From an uncultured Collinsella sp. (GTDB lineage: Bacteria > Actinomycetota > Coriobacteriia > Coriobacteriales > Coriobacteriaceae), in NCBI GenBank assembly GCA_902475475.1, contig CABRZY010000001.1:1-50674 (forward strand): a stretch of 50,674 nt of DNA. The letters are read 5' to 3'. Position 1 is the stretch's first letter. Each line of letters opens with the position of its first letter. Below, in pieces: positions 41,810 to 50,542 of the stretch. Both the position numbers and the translations under genes were made by a program. The notes beneath the pieces were generated by a model. It worked only from the letters and a program-made list of their open reading frames with translations, ran no database searches and had not been told where the DNA came from.

Positions 41810-42808
41810 CTACAGGTCCACCTCGTTGAGCCATGTCGGCAGCGCGGTCTGCTGGATGCCTGCCGTCTGCAGCTTTTTTGCGAGCATTCCTGCCGAGCGG
41901 ACCTCGTTGATGGTAAAGCGCAGCAGAGGGTGACCGTAGAGCGATAGGTGCGCCTCGCGCTGTCGTTCGGCAACGAGCGCCTCGGCGGTGGTGCGTCCGG
42001 CCAGCATGGTCTGGTCGGTATATTTGATGAGCCCGTCGAGCTCGCCCAGCGTGAGTTCCCGCGCCTGGCGCTCCCAGGCAAAGTCCGTTCGTATGGGCTT
42101 GGCCGAATCGAAGGGGTCCGTCAGCTCGTATTGAAGCCAGTCGGGTGCAAAGCCCGTCTCGATCATGACGGCTCGGGCGACCGATTCCCCGCCGCTCTCG
42201 GCGCGGGCGTCGGCATATCGAAGCGTTGTGAGGGCGGTGCGAATCGCGCGACCATTGCGGGCAGTCGCTCGTTGCTCAACGGCCTCCATCAACTGCTCTC
42301 GCGTAAGACCGAGCTTTGAGATCGCCGAATCGGCAATGGGCATGCCGTCGGCAAAACCAGTTTGCAGCAGGCAATCTGTGGCCGTTTGGATGGGCGGCGT
42401 TACCGATATGCCGGCTCTGCGTATTGCTCCGGCCGGCTCAATCTGGTGTCGCTGAATATGTGCGCCCGGACGAGCCGACGGCTTTGTCGAGCTGCAAACA
42501 TGCACAACGTTCAGGTGTCGCCACGAGACCTCGAGCCCCAGCAGGCAAGCTGCCGAAAACGAGCAGAAGGTCCAATCGGGGTGGATGATCGCAAGGGCGC
42601 GAATAATCTCGCAATGACGCTGCGCCCGGTTGAGCTCATCCCAGCGCATTTTGCGCGCGAACAAACCCGGCATGGGGGAGACGACCGTGCCGCCGGTGCG
42701 CCGAAGGAGCGCTTTTCGGATCGCCGTGCTCGGGGGAATCAGACAGCGCCCCTCTTGTTCGGCTTGAGTGAGCAGTTGGTCGATGAGCTGGTCATTACAA
42801 TGGGTCAT
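41810..42808 (-). CDS. AbiEi-like domain + DUF559/Vsr-like PD-(D/E)xK nuclease-fold protein
   Basis: Motifs FCSFSAA, VTPP.QT..D, AESGGES, R.DFAW..GELDG..KY, E..RE..L typical of the actinobacterial AbiEi/DUF559 family; AAGGAGG RBS. Confidence 0.75.
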   Translation of the reverse strand: MTHCNDQLIDQLLTQAEQEGRCLIPPSTAIRKALLRRTGGTVVSPMPGLFARKMRWDELNRAQRHCEIIRALAIIHPDWTFCSFSAACLLGLEVSWRHLNVVHVCSSTKPSARPGAHIQRHQIEPAGAIRRAGISVTPPIQTATDCLLQTGFADGMPIADSAISKLGLTREQLMEAVEQRATARNGRAIRTALTTLRYADARAESGGESVARAVMIETGFAPDWLQYELTDPFDSAKPIRTDFAWERQARELTLGELDGLIKYTDQTMLAGRTTAEALVAERQREAHLSLYGHPLLRFTINEVRSAGMLAKKLQTAGIQQTALPTWLNEVDL

Positions 42809-43102
42809 GAGCTACCGCCTCCTTTTGGGTAGCAAAAACGTATCAGCTGGAACTTGCCGCTCAGCTGACCAAAAGCTGACCAAAATCTAACCATGCAGGT
42901 AGATGACCTGCTTTTGGCGACATATTTCTTGTTTGAATCGGTGGGCGGTAATCGGCGACCGTGAACGGTAGCTGGATATGAAGTCTTGGTAAGTTTCGGG
43001 ACGTGTACTTTTTGAAAAAGAGCATTCTATCTGCTGTTTTGTGTTTCTGGATCGCATATTTGAAGGCATGTGATAAGGGTGGCGGACTGTCGCCTTGTAT
43101 CT

Positions 43103-43212
43103 GCGGAAACTGTGACCCGGAATTGCCACTCGGAATGGGACGCGCTTTCCGGACAGCCTTCAAGCGGAAACTACGGCCCAGTTTTTGGCTCCAGAACGGG
43201 GTGCATTTTCCG
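43103..43212. repeat. Two more units of the 62-bp palindromic repeat
   Basis: GGAAACTGTGACCC..GGGACGCGCTTTCC (43105-43150) and GGAAACTACGGCCC..GGGGTGCATTTTCC (43166-43211). Confidence 0.88.
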
Positions 43213-43266
43213 GAACGGTCCACGTGCGGTGATGTACCGCCCCTTTTGCGTGCGCCGCTTGTCGAA

Positions 43267-43322
43267 TTACGTTATAGCTGGCCATATTATAGGAAGGTAT
43301 AATATAGCCAGCTATAACGTAA
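43267..43322. promoter_or_regulatory. 25-bp inverted repeat overlapping the -10 box and abutting the RBS
   Basis: TTACGTTATAGCTGGCCATATTATA-ggaagg-TATAATATAGCCAGCTATAACGTAA (24/25 match); TATAAT at 43298. Confidence 0.8.
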
Positions 43323-43337
43323 AGGAAGGATGGCCCT

Positions 43338-44729
43338 ATGTTTATCGGAAGAACAGTGGAAATGTCCGAGCTCAATCGACTGTATGGCACGGGCTCCTTT
43401 GAGATGCCTGTGATTTACGGCCGCCGTCGCGTGGGTAAAACGCGCCTTATCACAGAGTTCATCCAAGGCAAGAAGGCTATTTACTTTCAAGCTCGTCGTA
43501 CCAATGCAGAGGCAAACCTGCACGGCTTTAGCCAGGCGATACTTGCGGGTTCGGTTGGTGCTGTAGGCGTGTCGTTTCGTAGCTTTGACGAGGCGTTCGA
43601 TGCATTAGCTACCATGGCTCGCACGGAACGTTTGATTGTCGTGATTGACGAGTATCCCTATCTCGCCCAATCGAATCCCGAAATCAGCTCGTTGCTGCAA
43701 GACAAGATCGATCACCTGTACAAAGAGACCAGGCTCATGCTGATCCTATGCGGCTCGTCTCTTTCGTTTATGGAGGAACAGGTGTTGGGCTACGAGAGCC
43801 CACTATACGGTAGGCGTACGGCCCAGTTTAAGATCATGCCGCTCGATTTTACGACGACCCTCGGGTTGTGGCAGAGCATGGGTCGCGAAGACGCTGCAGT
43901 TTGCTATGGCATGACGGGTGGCATTCCTGCATATATCGAGAAAGTCGATCCTGCCGCACCGCTCAAGGACAATATCAAACGTCTATTTCTTACTCCTACG
44001 GGCTATCTCTTTGAGGAGCCGAGTAACCTGCTGTTGCAAGAGTGCCGCAATCCCGAGCAATATGATGCGATCGTGCAAGCAATTGCTCGGGGGCGCTCGA
44101 GGATCTCGGAGATTGCGAGCTCTACGGGAATCCCTGCGAGCAACGTAAAGAGCTATGTGGATAAGCTGGCGTCGCTTGGGATTGTCGAGCGCGAGCTGCC
44201 CCTAAACGAGACGAGCAATAAGCGAGCCGTGTATCTGCTGAGCGACCAGATGTTTAGGTTCTGGTACAAGTTTGTGCCGCAGAACATTGGGCTGATTCAA
44301 AACGATATGGCCGAGATGGCGTATAAGCGCATTGAGCCGCACGTATCGGATTACATGGGTACGGTCTTTGAGCTTATATGCAGGCAATACGTGTACGAAC
44401 TCGCGCGCGCGGGCCAGCTCGATGTGGTTCCGGCGAGCGTCGGGCGCTGGTGGGGGACGGACAATCGCACACATACGCAGGAAGAAATCGACTTGATTGT
44501 TGACGATGGCGAGGGCGCTGCGCTGTTTGCGGAGTGCAAATGGCGCAATGAACCGGTTGGCGAGGATGTGCTGCAAAAGCTCGTGCACCGAAGCGAGCTC
44601 TTTAGACGGCAGCAAAAAAGCTATGCGATCTTCTCGAAGCGAGGCTTTACGCAAGGATGTCAGGATGCTGCGGCGAGCAGGGGAGATACCAAGCTGATTT
44701 CGTTTGCCGAGATGTGCGAGCGGAGATAA
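43338..44729 (+). CDS. Archaeal-type ATPase + wHTH + DUF234 PD-(D/E)xK protein
   Basis: MFIGR..E, YGRRRVGKT Walker A, IDEYPYL Walker B, SPLYGRRT, GRWW..EEIDLI..FAECKW. Confidence 0.88.
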   Translation: MFIGRTVEMSELNRLYGTGSFEMPVIYGRRRVGKTRLITEFIQGKKAIYFQARRTNAEANLHGFSQAILAGSVGAVGVSFRSFDEAFDALATMARTERLIVVIDEYPYLAQSNPEISSLLQDKIDHLYKETRLMLILCGSSLSFMEEQVLGYESPLYGRRTAQFKIMPLDFTTTLGLWQSMGREDAAVCYGMTGGIPAYIEKVDPAAPLKDNIKRLFLTPTGYLFEEPSNLLLQECRNPEQYDAIVQAIARGRSRISEIASSTGIPASNVKSYVDKLASLGIVERELPLNETSNKRAVYLLSDQMFRFWYKFVPQNIGLIQNDMAEMAYKRIEPHVSDYMGTVFELICRQYVYELARAGQLDVVPASVGRWWGTDNRTHTQEEIDLIVDDGEGAALFAECKWRNEPVGEDVLQKLVHRSELFRRQQKSYAIFSKRGFTQGCQDAAASRGDTKLISFAEMCERR

Positions 44730-44777
44730 CCAAGCGCGCTCTGATTTGATGCTCGGAATGGGTCGCGCTAAGGATGC

Positions 44778-44890
44778 CAAGCGTAAAACCTTCAATGAAA
44801 ATGGCGTAAAAACTACATCTGTCATGGCGTAAAAACTACATTGAAAGTAGCGTAAAATCAGCATTGAGAATGGCGTAATTTCGCATATCG
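44778..44890 (+). repeat. Five 23-bp tandem direct repeats
   Basis: GCGTAA at 44781, 44804, 44827, 44850 and 44873; consensus about ATGGCGTAAAAACTACATTGAAA. Confidence 0.9.
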
Positions 44891-44914
44891 CATGATAGAG
44901 AGGGACGGCCGTCT

Positions 44915-46210
44915 ATGGATGCACCAAAGAGATTGACCCAAAAGGGATATAGGCCCCGGCTCATAGAGGAGCGCCTCGACACCCTTATGCGGGCGTTTGG
45001 CTGTGTGGAGATCAACGGCCCCAAATGGTGCGGCAAGACCTGGACGGCGCTCTCTCGCTCGGCGAGCGTCTCCAGGCTCGATGAGCCTGCGCAGCGTGCG
45101 GCGGCAGAGGTCGACCCAAGCCTGGCGCTCATCGGCGATGCGCCACACCTGGTCGATGAATGGCAGGAGGTGCCCGAGGTTTGGGATGCCGCCCGGCGTT
45201 TCGTGGACGCGAGCGGCAACGAACGGGGGACACTTTTGCTCACGGGCTCGACCGCGCTCAAAAGCGAGGAGCGCAGCCATGTTCGTCATTCCGGCACGGG
45301 TAGGATCGCCCGTCTGTCAATGCGCCCCATGGCCCTGTGTGAGTCGGGCGACGGCGAGCCGCTCGTGTCACTGGCAAGCCTCTTTAAGGGCGAGGATTTT
45401 GCCCCTCAGCGTCGCGAGAGCACGGTGGATGACGTCGCCCGCTGGTGCTGCAGGGGCGGTTGGCCTGCAAATCTTGGGCTTTCGGAAGATCTTGCGCGAG
45501 AGACGGCAAGCCAGTACGTGCACTCGGTGCTCGACGTCAACGTGCTGGACGAGGGCATGTCGTCCGAGCTTGCACACGGCCTTTTGCGAGCTCTTGCCAT
45601 GAACGAGAGCCAGGCTGTCACGTACAAGACGCTCGTAAAGGATGCCTCGTACGGTGAGGCGGGCCCCGACGAGAGGACCATCGCTGCGTACTTGGACCTC
45701 TTCAACAGGCTCAAGCTGACCGAGGACCTCTGCGGATGGGAGCCGCCCATGCGCTCGAAGGCCCGCGTTCGCGTGCGCCCCAAGCGCTACTTCTGTGACC
45801 CGTCACTTGCGGCGGCGTTGCTGGGGGCTACCCCTGAGCGGCTGCTTGGCGATATGCAAACGCTGGGGATGCTCTTTGAGAATCTCGTCCTGCGCGACGT
45901 GCGCGTGTTCCTTTCCACCTACGGCGGTGTCGACAACAGTGTCTATTATTTCCGAGATGAGAAGGGCCTTGAGGTCGATCTGATCGTTGAGCACGACGGG
46001 CGCTGGGGAGCCATCGAGGTCAAGCTGAGTGATGCGAAAGCAGACGATGGAGCGAGAAATCTCAAGGCGCTGGAGAGGAAAGTGCTCTCCAATCCTGCCG
46101 CCCAGAATGCCGCGCCGGCGTTTTTGGCGGTCGTGGTTGGAAAGGGGAGTATTGCCTACACACGCGACGACGGCGTGGCGGTGATTCCCATGGCGGCACT
46201 TGGGGCGTAG
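44915..46210 (+). CDS. AAA_14 ATPase + DUF4143 protein
   Basis: Y.PRL, GPKWCGKT, LVDEWQ, LLTGS, GG.P, PKRYF.DP, LFEN, EVDLI..AIEVKL. Confidence 0.88.
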   Translation: MDAPKRLTQKGYRPRLIEERLDTLMRAFGCVEINGPKWCGKTWTALSRSASVSRLDEPAQRAAAEVDPSLALIGDAPHLVDEWQEVPEVWDAARRFVDASGNERGTLLLTGSTALKSEERSHVRHSGTGRIARLSMRPMALCESGDGEPLVSLASLFKGEDFAPQRRESTVDDVARWCCRGGWPANLGLSEDLARETASQYVHSVLDVNVLDEGMSSELAHGLLRALAMNESQAVTYKTLVKDASYGEAGPDERTIAAYLDLFNRLKLTEDLCGWEPPMRSKARVRVRPKRYFCDPSLAAALLGATPERLLGDMQTLGMLFENLVLRDVRVFLSTYGGVDNSVYYFRDEKGLEVDLIVEHDGRWGAIEVKLSDAKADDGARNLKALERKVLSNPAAQNAAPAFLAVVVGKGSIAYTRDDGVAVIPMAALGA

Positions 46211-46252
46211 TGGTTTTGCGGGCGTGCCGTGCTTCCTTTACCGAAAATCCAT

Positions 46253-46505
46253 TTGGTAAACCAGATGCTCGCGGATAGAATAAAGTTGACGGCAGCCCAA
46301 GTGGTGAAGAGCTGGGCAGCGCCGTTGCTTGGTCAAGAGGTCAGTGCCTTAATGGCAGCGACTTGTTATGCTTCGAATGCTGCTTGAGTGCCTCGGAAAG
46401 TTCGATAAGCGCCGTGAAGAGCGAGACCAAAGCAACCAAGAGCTCTACGAGCTCTGATGGGCCCGGGATGACCGCTGATTCAAGTCACCGGGCCCAAATC
46501 TTTTT
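46253..46505 (+). ncRNA. Candidate ~220-nt small transcript (promoter to terminator)
   Basis: TTGGTA-N17-TAGAAT at 46253-46281; TGGGCCCGG..CCGGGCCCA hairpin plus T-run at 46458-46505; no convincing sense ORF. Confidence 0.35.
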
Positions 46506-46667
46506 CATGCATTTGAATAGAGCGGGCGATTCTCTTGGGGCCGTCTGCATGGCGTGCGACCAGCGCATGGTATTGCGCCCCGCTTTCATGTCCGCACGGG
46601 CGCCTATCCTTACGGCAATGTAGCCGCCTATGTAGCAAGCGGCAGTTGACGGAGAAAGGCCCTGACC

Positions 46668-47404
46668 GTGCCAGACAAAAAGACGCCGGATATTTCGGCC
46701 ATCGATACGACGAACTTTGCGCGCCAGATTGTACTGGACTTTGAGTTTGCGCCGGTGCCAAAGCAGCGCCAGCGCCGTGGACTGCGCAACGAGATTATCG
46801 AGGTCGGCGCCGTCAAGCTCGATTACCACGGCAACGTTATGGGCGAGTTCTCGCAGTTTGTGCAGACAGAATTTACCGAAGGCGTTGCGTTCCCCGTCCG
46901 CGAGTTCACAGGGATATCGGCCGTGGACACCGCGATGGCCGATCCGCTCTACATGGTGATCAAAAGGCTCAGCGATTGGATCGGTCGCTACTCCGCCCGG
47001 GTGGTTTGCTGGAGTGGGACGGACCGGCGACAGCTTTTGACCGAGTGCCAGGCAAAGCACATCGACCTTTCCGCATTTCCTACGGACTGGGCCGACCTGC
47101 AGGCGTTTTATACTTCGATCATGGACGTGGGCAGCCACGGGTGCGTCTCTTTGAGTGACGCGGCGACGTGGCTTGGCATCGAGTTCGACGATTCGACGGG
47201 TCACGCCCACAGCGCCCTAGCCGATGCACGCGTGACCTCCAAGTTGCTCGGGCGGGTGATGGACGGGGACTACCGCGTGAGCCTGTGCGCCCAGGAAGTC
47301 CGCCAACGGTGGGGGGGATGGGCGAGCGACCCCAGACGCGCCTTTCCAGTAAGTGCCCCGAGCTGAACGACCTGCTGCTGAAGCTGAAGGCGGAGGGAAG
47401 GTAG
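46668..47404 (+). CDS. DEDDh 3'-5' exonuclease, frameshifted near the 3' end at a G7 tract
   Basis: VLDFEF..EIIEVGAVKL, DLQ, HSALADA motifs. The frame ends at 47366; a more natural C-terminus (GMGERPQTRLSSKCPELNDLLLKLKAEGR) lies in another frame ending at 47404. Confidence 0.8.
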
Positions 47405-47629
47405 GGGGGCGGACATCATTGTCGTTTTCGCCTGCGAAGAAGGAATCAATTAACTACAAAGTGCGGATGGCTTCTAGTGAAGACTTAACCACCAGATTAT
47501 GAAAGGGTTATCGGGCCATTGGGATTGCAGTGTTCGCCCGTCGCAAGACGTTGCTCGTTCAAATTGGGACGCTCCGCATCCGATGAAATGGTTGATGCGG
47601 AACGTTCCTAGAGACCTGTCTTCTCTTGC

Positions 47630-50542
47630 CTAATAGTAGAGTTCGATATACGAATACGCCTTATCAAAAAGAGCCTGGTCTTTGAGCTTGTAGCGCATCC
47701 ATAGAATGGCACGGAGCTGTTTTTTAACCTCTTTCACGCCAGCCGTGGTAGCTTGCCAGCCGTCGAAGCGAGTTATCTTAACGATCTCGTCAATGTCATT
47801 GACGATGTTCTCGACGATGATAGGCGTGTCGCCGTTCTTGATGCCGTTAAAGAGCTCAGTAAGAGCAGCCTTTCCCTTGTCCTCCTCTTCCTCGGGCACG
47901 ACTTCCTTTTCGGCGGCTCGTGCTTCTTTGGCGAGGTCGATGAGCATCTTGAGGAACTCGACGCTGTTGATGAGACCTTGCTCGTGACGTTCCCTCAGGT
48001 CCTCCAGGCGCTCGCCGAGCTTCTGGAACTTGCCATTCTTATCGTGTCTGCGGATTCGGGCGACGAGATCTATCTCCAGCTTACGCGTGATTTTCTCGGT
48101 ATTGCTCTTGTCGTTGATGAAGTGCTCGATCATGTCCTCGTCGAGTTCAAGGATGTCGTCATCGTCTCGGACTCTCTCGACGGTGATGTTCTCGTGCACG
48201 AGCTCGATTGTCTTGGGCCCGAGCGCTGCCCAGATGAGCTTCCCGCGATTGTCTACCGGTCTCACGGAATCGTAGACCTGCGAGAGCCAGATGAAATCGG
48301 GCTTGTAGGGATTGAGACATGGGTCGGGCGAAAGCGCTTCCCACGCTCTGTTCAAGACCGAGAAGTCGGCCCCGAACTGGTCTTTCACCTTTGTCGTTGG
48401 CAGGCATTGCTGGGCTTCGAGAAGGGATTCCCAATCTGCACTGCGGCGATCTTTGACCGTTGAGAAGTACTCGAGGCAGTAATGCATGAGTCTGGGCAGT
48501 TCGGCCTTTACCTCGTCGATGTTGGTTATAACCTTCTGCACCTCGGCCTCGTCGAAGTGCAGGGACTTGGCGACGTTGTCGAAGAGGCCGATATAGTCGA
48601 CAATGAGACCGAATGTCTTCTTGTCGTTGTAGACGCGGTTGGTTCGACAGATTGCCTGCAATAGCGTGTGGTCGCGTAAGGGCTTGTCAAGGTACTGAGC
48701 TTGCAGGATGGGTGCATCGAACCCCGTGAGCAGCTTCGCAGTGACGATGAGAATCTTGAGCGGATCGTCCGGGTCGCGGAAACGGTCAAGGAGCTTTTCC
48801 TCGGCATCGCGATCGCGACGATATGCCTTGTACCGGTCCTCCTTGTCGTTGTTCGTGTCCATGACGATGGTGACTGCATCAGCGTCCAAGAGCTTGTCGA
48901 GCTCCTCTTTATACAGCAAGCAGCACTCTCGGTCGTAGCAGACTACTTGCGCCTTGAAGCCGTCGGGCTCAACCTTCGATTTGAAGTGTTTGGCAATGTG
49001 TTCACACACCTTGTGAATGCGGTCGGGGGCCTTCATGACGGACTCGATCTTGACGCGCCTGGTGAGTTCCGCCTTGTCCTCTTTGCTGAGGTCTCGGGTC
49101 ATTTCGTCAAAGGCGGCGTTCACGACCTCTTGGTTGACGTGGAGCTCGACGGGAACGGTTTCAAAATGGAGTGGCAATGTGGCGTGGTCGCGGATGGAGT
49201 CGGCGAAGGAATAGCGGCTCATGTAGCCGGACTTGTCCTCTTTGGCACCGAAGGTGTGGAACGTGTTCTTGTCTGTTCGGTTGATGGGCGTGCCGGTCAA
49301 GCCGAAGAAGAAGGCGTTTGGCAAGGCGAGGCGCATCTTCTCGCCGAGGTCGCCCTCTTGGGTGCGGTGCGCCTCGTCGACCATGAGGATGATGTTCTCG
49401 CGCTCGTTGAGCGTCCCCGCAACCTCGCCGAATTTGAAGATGGTGGTGATGAGGATCTTTCTCATGTCCTGCTTGAAGAAGGACTCAAGCTCCTCCTTGC
49501 TGCCGGCGCTTGCGAGGTTGGGGATATCGGATGCGTTGAAGGTCCCCGTGATCTGGGTCTCAAGGTCGATTCGGTCATCCACGATGACGACGGTCGGGTT
49601 CTTGAGTTCAGGGACCATGCGCAGCTTCTGGGCGGCGAATACCATGAGCAGTGACTTTCCTGAGCCCTGGAAATGCCAAATGAGGCCACGCTTCGGGTAT
49701 CCTGCGCGGACGCGGTCCACGATGAGATTCGCGCCCTCGAACTGTTGGTAGCGACAGATCAGCTTGATGCGTCGATGCTTCTTGTCGGTGGCGAAGAGCG
49801 TGAAGAACTGGAAGATGTCCATGACGTTCGTGGGGGTTAGCATGGACGCCATGCTTCTCTTAACGTCGGCAAGTGTGCCCTCGCTCTTCTTGTCGCCCTC
49901 ATGCCAGGGTCCCCACATCTCGGGAGGCATGTTCACCGACCCGTAGCGATAGCATTTTCCTTCGCTGGCGAAGTTGATGGCGCTACAGACGAACATCTGC
50001 GGGATGCTCTTCTCATATTTAGCGATGTCGCCAGCGCCGTCGAGCCAGGTTATCGAATCGCGCACCGGCGTCTTGAACTCGCCGATGACGAGCGGAAATC
50101 CATTGACAAGAAGGACGAGGTCGAGGCGCTTGCCGCCCTGCTCCTGGGGGTAGACCCACTGGTTGGTGACGATGTACTCGTTTTTGTCAAGATCGCCGTC
50201 CGCCGCCGTGCCAAAGAAGCGGATGGGGACCATGCGGCCGTCTTTGCCGTAGGGGAATGAGTTCTCCTCGATGACGAGCTTTTTGAACCGCTCGTTGGTG
50301 GAGACCAGGTTCTGCGGACTTGTGGACTGAATGAGGGCCCTGAGTCGGTAGATGATCTCGTCGGCGCGATCGGGGTCTTCTGCGATCTCCGGGTTAAGCC
50401 TGATGAGGGCGTCCTTGACCATGGGCTCGACCATGACGTCGGCATGGCGGCGCGGGAGGTCTTCGGCAGCCACGTATCTCCAGCCAAGGCTGGCAAGCGC
50501 CTCGACGCTCATTTGCTCGATGGTGTTGTCCTCGTTAAACAT
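47630..50542 (-). CDS. hsdR: Type I restriction enzyme R subunit
   Basis: DLVLLVNGFPLVIGEFK nuclease motif, HFQGSGKS, VDEAHRTQ, TGTP, LTGFDAP, QAICRTNR. Confidence 0.96.
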   Translation of the reverse strand: MFNEDNTIEQMSVEALASLGWRYVAAEDLPRRHADVMVEPMVKDALIRLNPEIAEDPDRADEIIYRLRALIQSTSPQNLVSTNERFKKLVIEENSFPYGKDGRMVPIRFFGTAADGDLDKNEYIVTNQWVYPQEQGGKRLDLVLLVNGFPLVIGEFKTPVRDSITWLDGAGDIAKYEKSIPQMFVCSAINFASEGKCYRYGSVNMPPEMWGPWHEGDKKSEGTLADVKRSMASMLTPTNVMDIFQFFTLFATDKKHRRIKLICRYQQFEGANLIVDRVRAGYPKRGLIWHFQGSGKSLLMVFAAQKLRMVPELKNPTVVIVDDRIDLETQITGTFNASDIPNLASAGSKEELESFFKQDMRKILITTIFKFGEVAGTLNERENIILMVDEAHRTQEGDLGEKMRLALPNAFFFGLTGTPINRTDKNTFHTFGAKEDKSGYMSRYSFADSIRDHATLPLHFETVPVELHVNQEVVNAAFDEMTRDLSKEDKAELTRRVKIESVMKAPDRIHKVCEHIAKHFKSKVEPDGFKAQVVCYDRECCLLYKEELDKLLDADAVTIVMDTNNDKEDRYKAYRRDRDAEEKLLDRFRDPDDPLKILIVTAKLLTGFDAPILQAQYLDKPLRDHTLLQAICRTNRVYNDKKTFGLIVDYIGLFDNVAKSLHFDEAEVQKVITNIDEVKAELPRLMHYCLEYFSTVKDRRSADWESLLEAQQCLPTTKVKDQFGADFSVLNRAWEALSPDPCLNPYKPDFIWLSQVYDSVRPVDNRGKLIWAALGPKTIELVHENITVERVRDDDDILELDEDMIEHFINDKSNTEKITRKLEIDLVARIRRHDKNGKFQKLGERLEDLRERHEQGLINSVEFLKMLIDLAKEARAAEKEVVPEEEEDKGKAALTELFNGIKNGDTPIIVENIVNDIDEIVKITRFDGWQATTAGVKEVKKQLRAILWMRYKLKDQALFDKAYSYIELYY

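Noticed and set aside
41253..41933. Short ORFs across the repeat array
   Set aside because: Translations simply mirror the 62-bp repeat in several frames, with no RBS or codon bias.
44778..44890. 23-bp array as CRISPR or a plasmid origin
   Set aside because: No spacers between units and no Rep gene nearby.
46341..46510. Selenocysteine read-through of the TGA at 46485-46487 (MKKIWAR*LESAV...)
   Set aside because: The TGA lies within the hairpin rather than just upstream of a SECIS-like stem, and there is no redox motif context.
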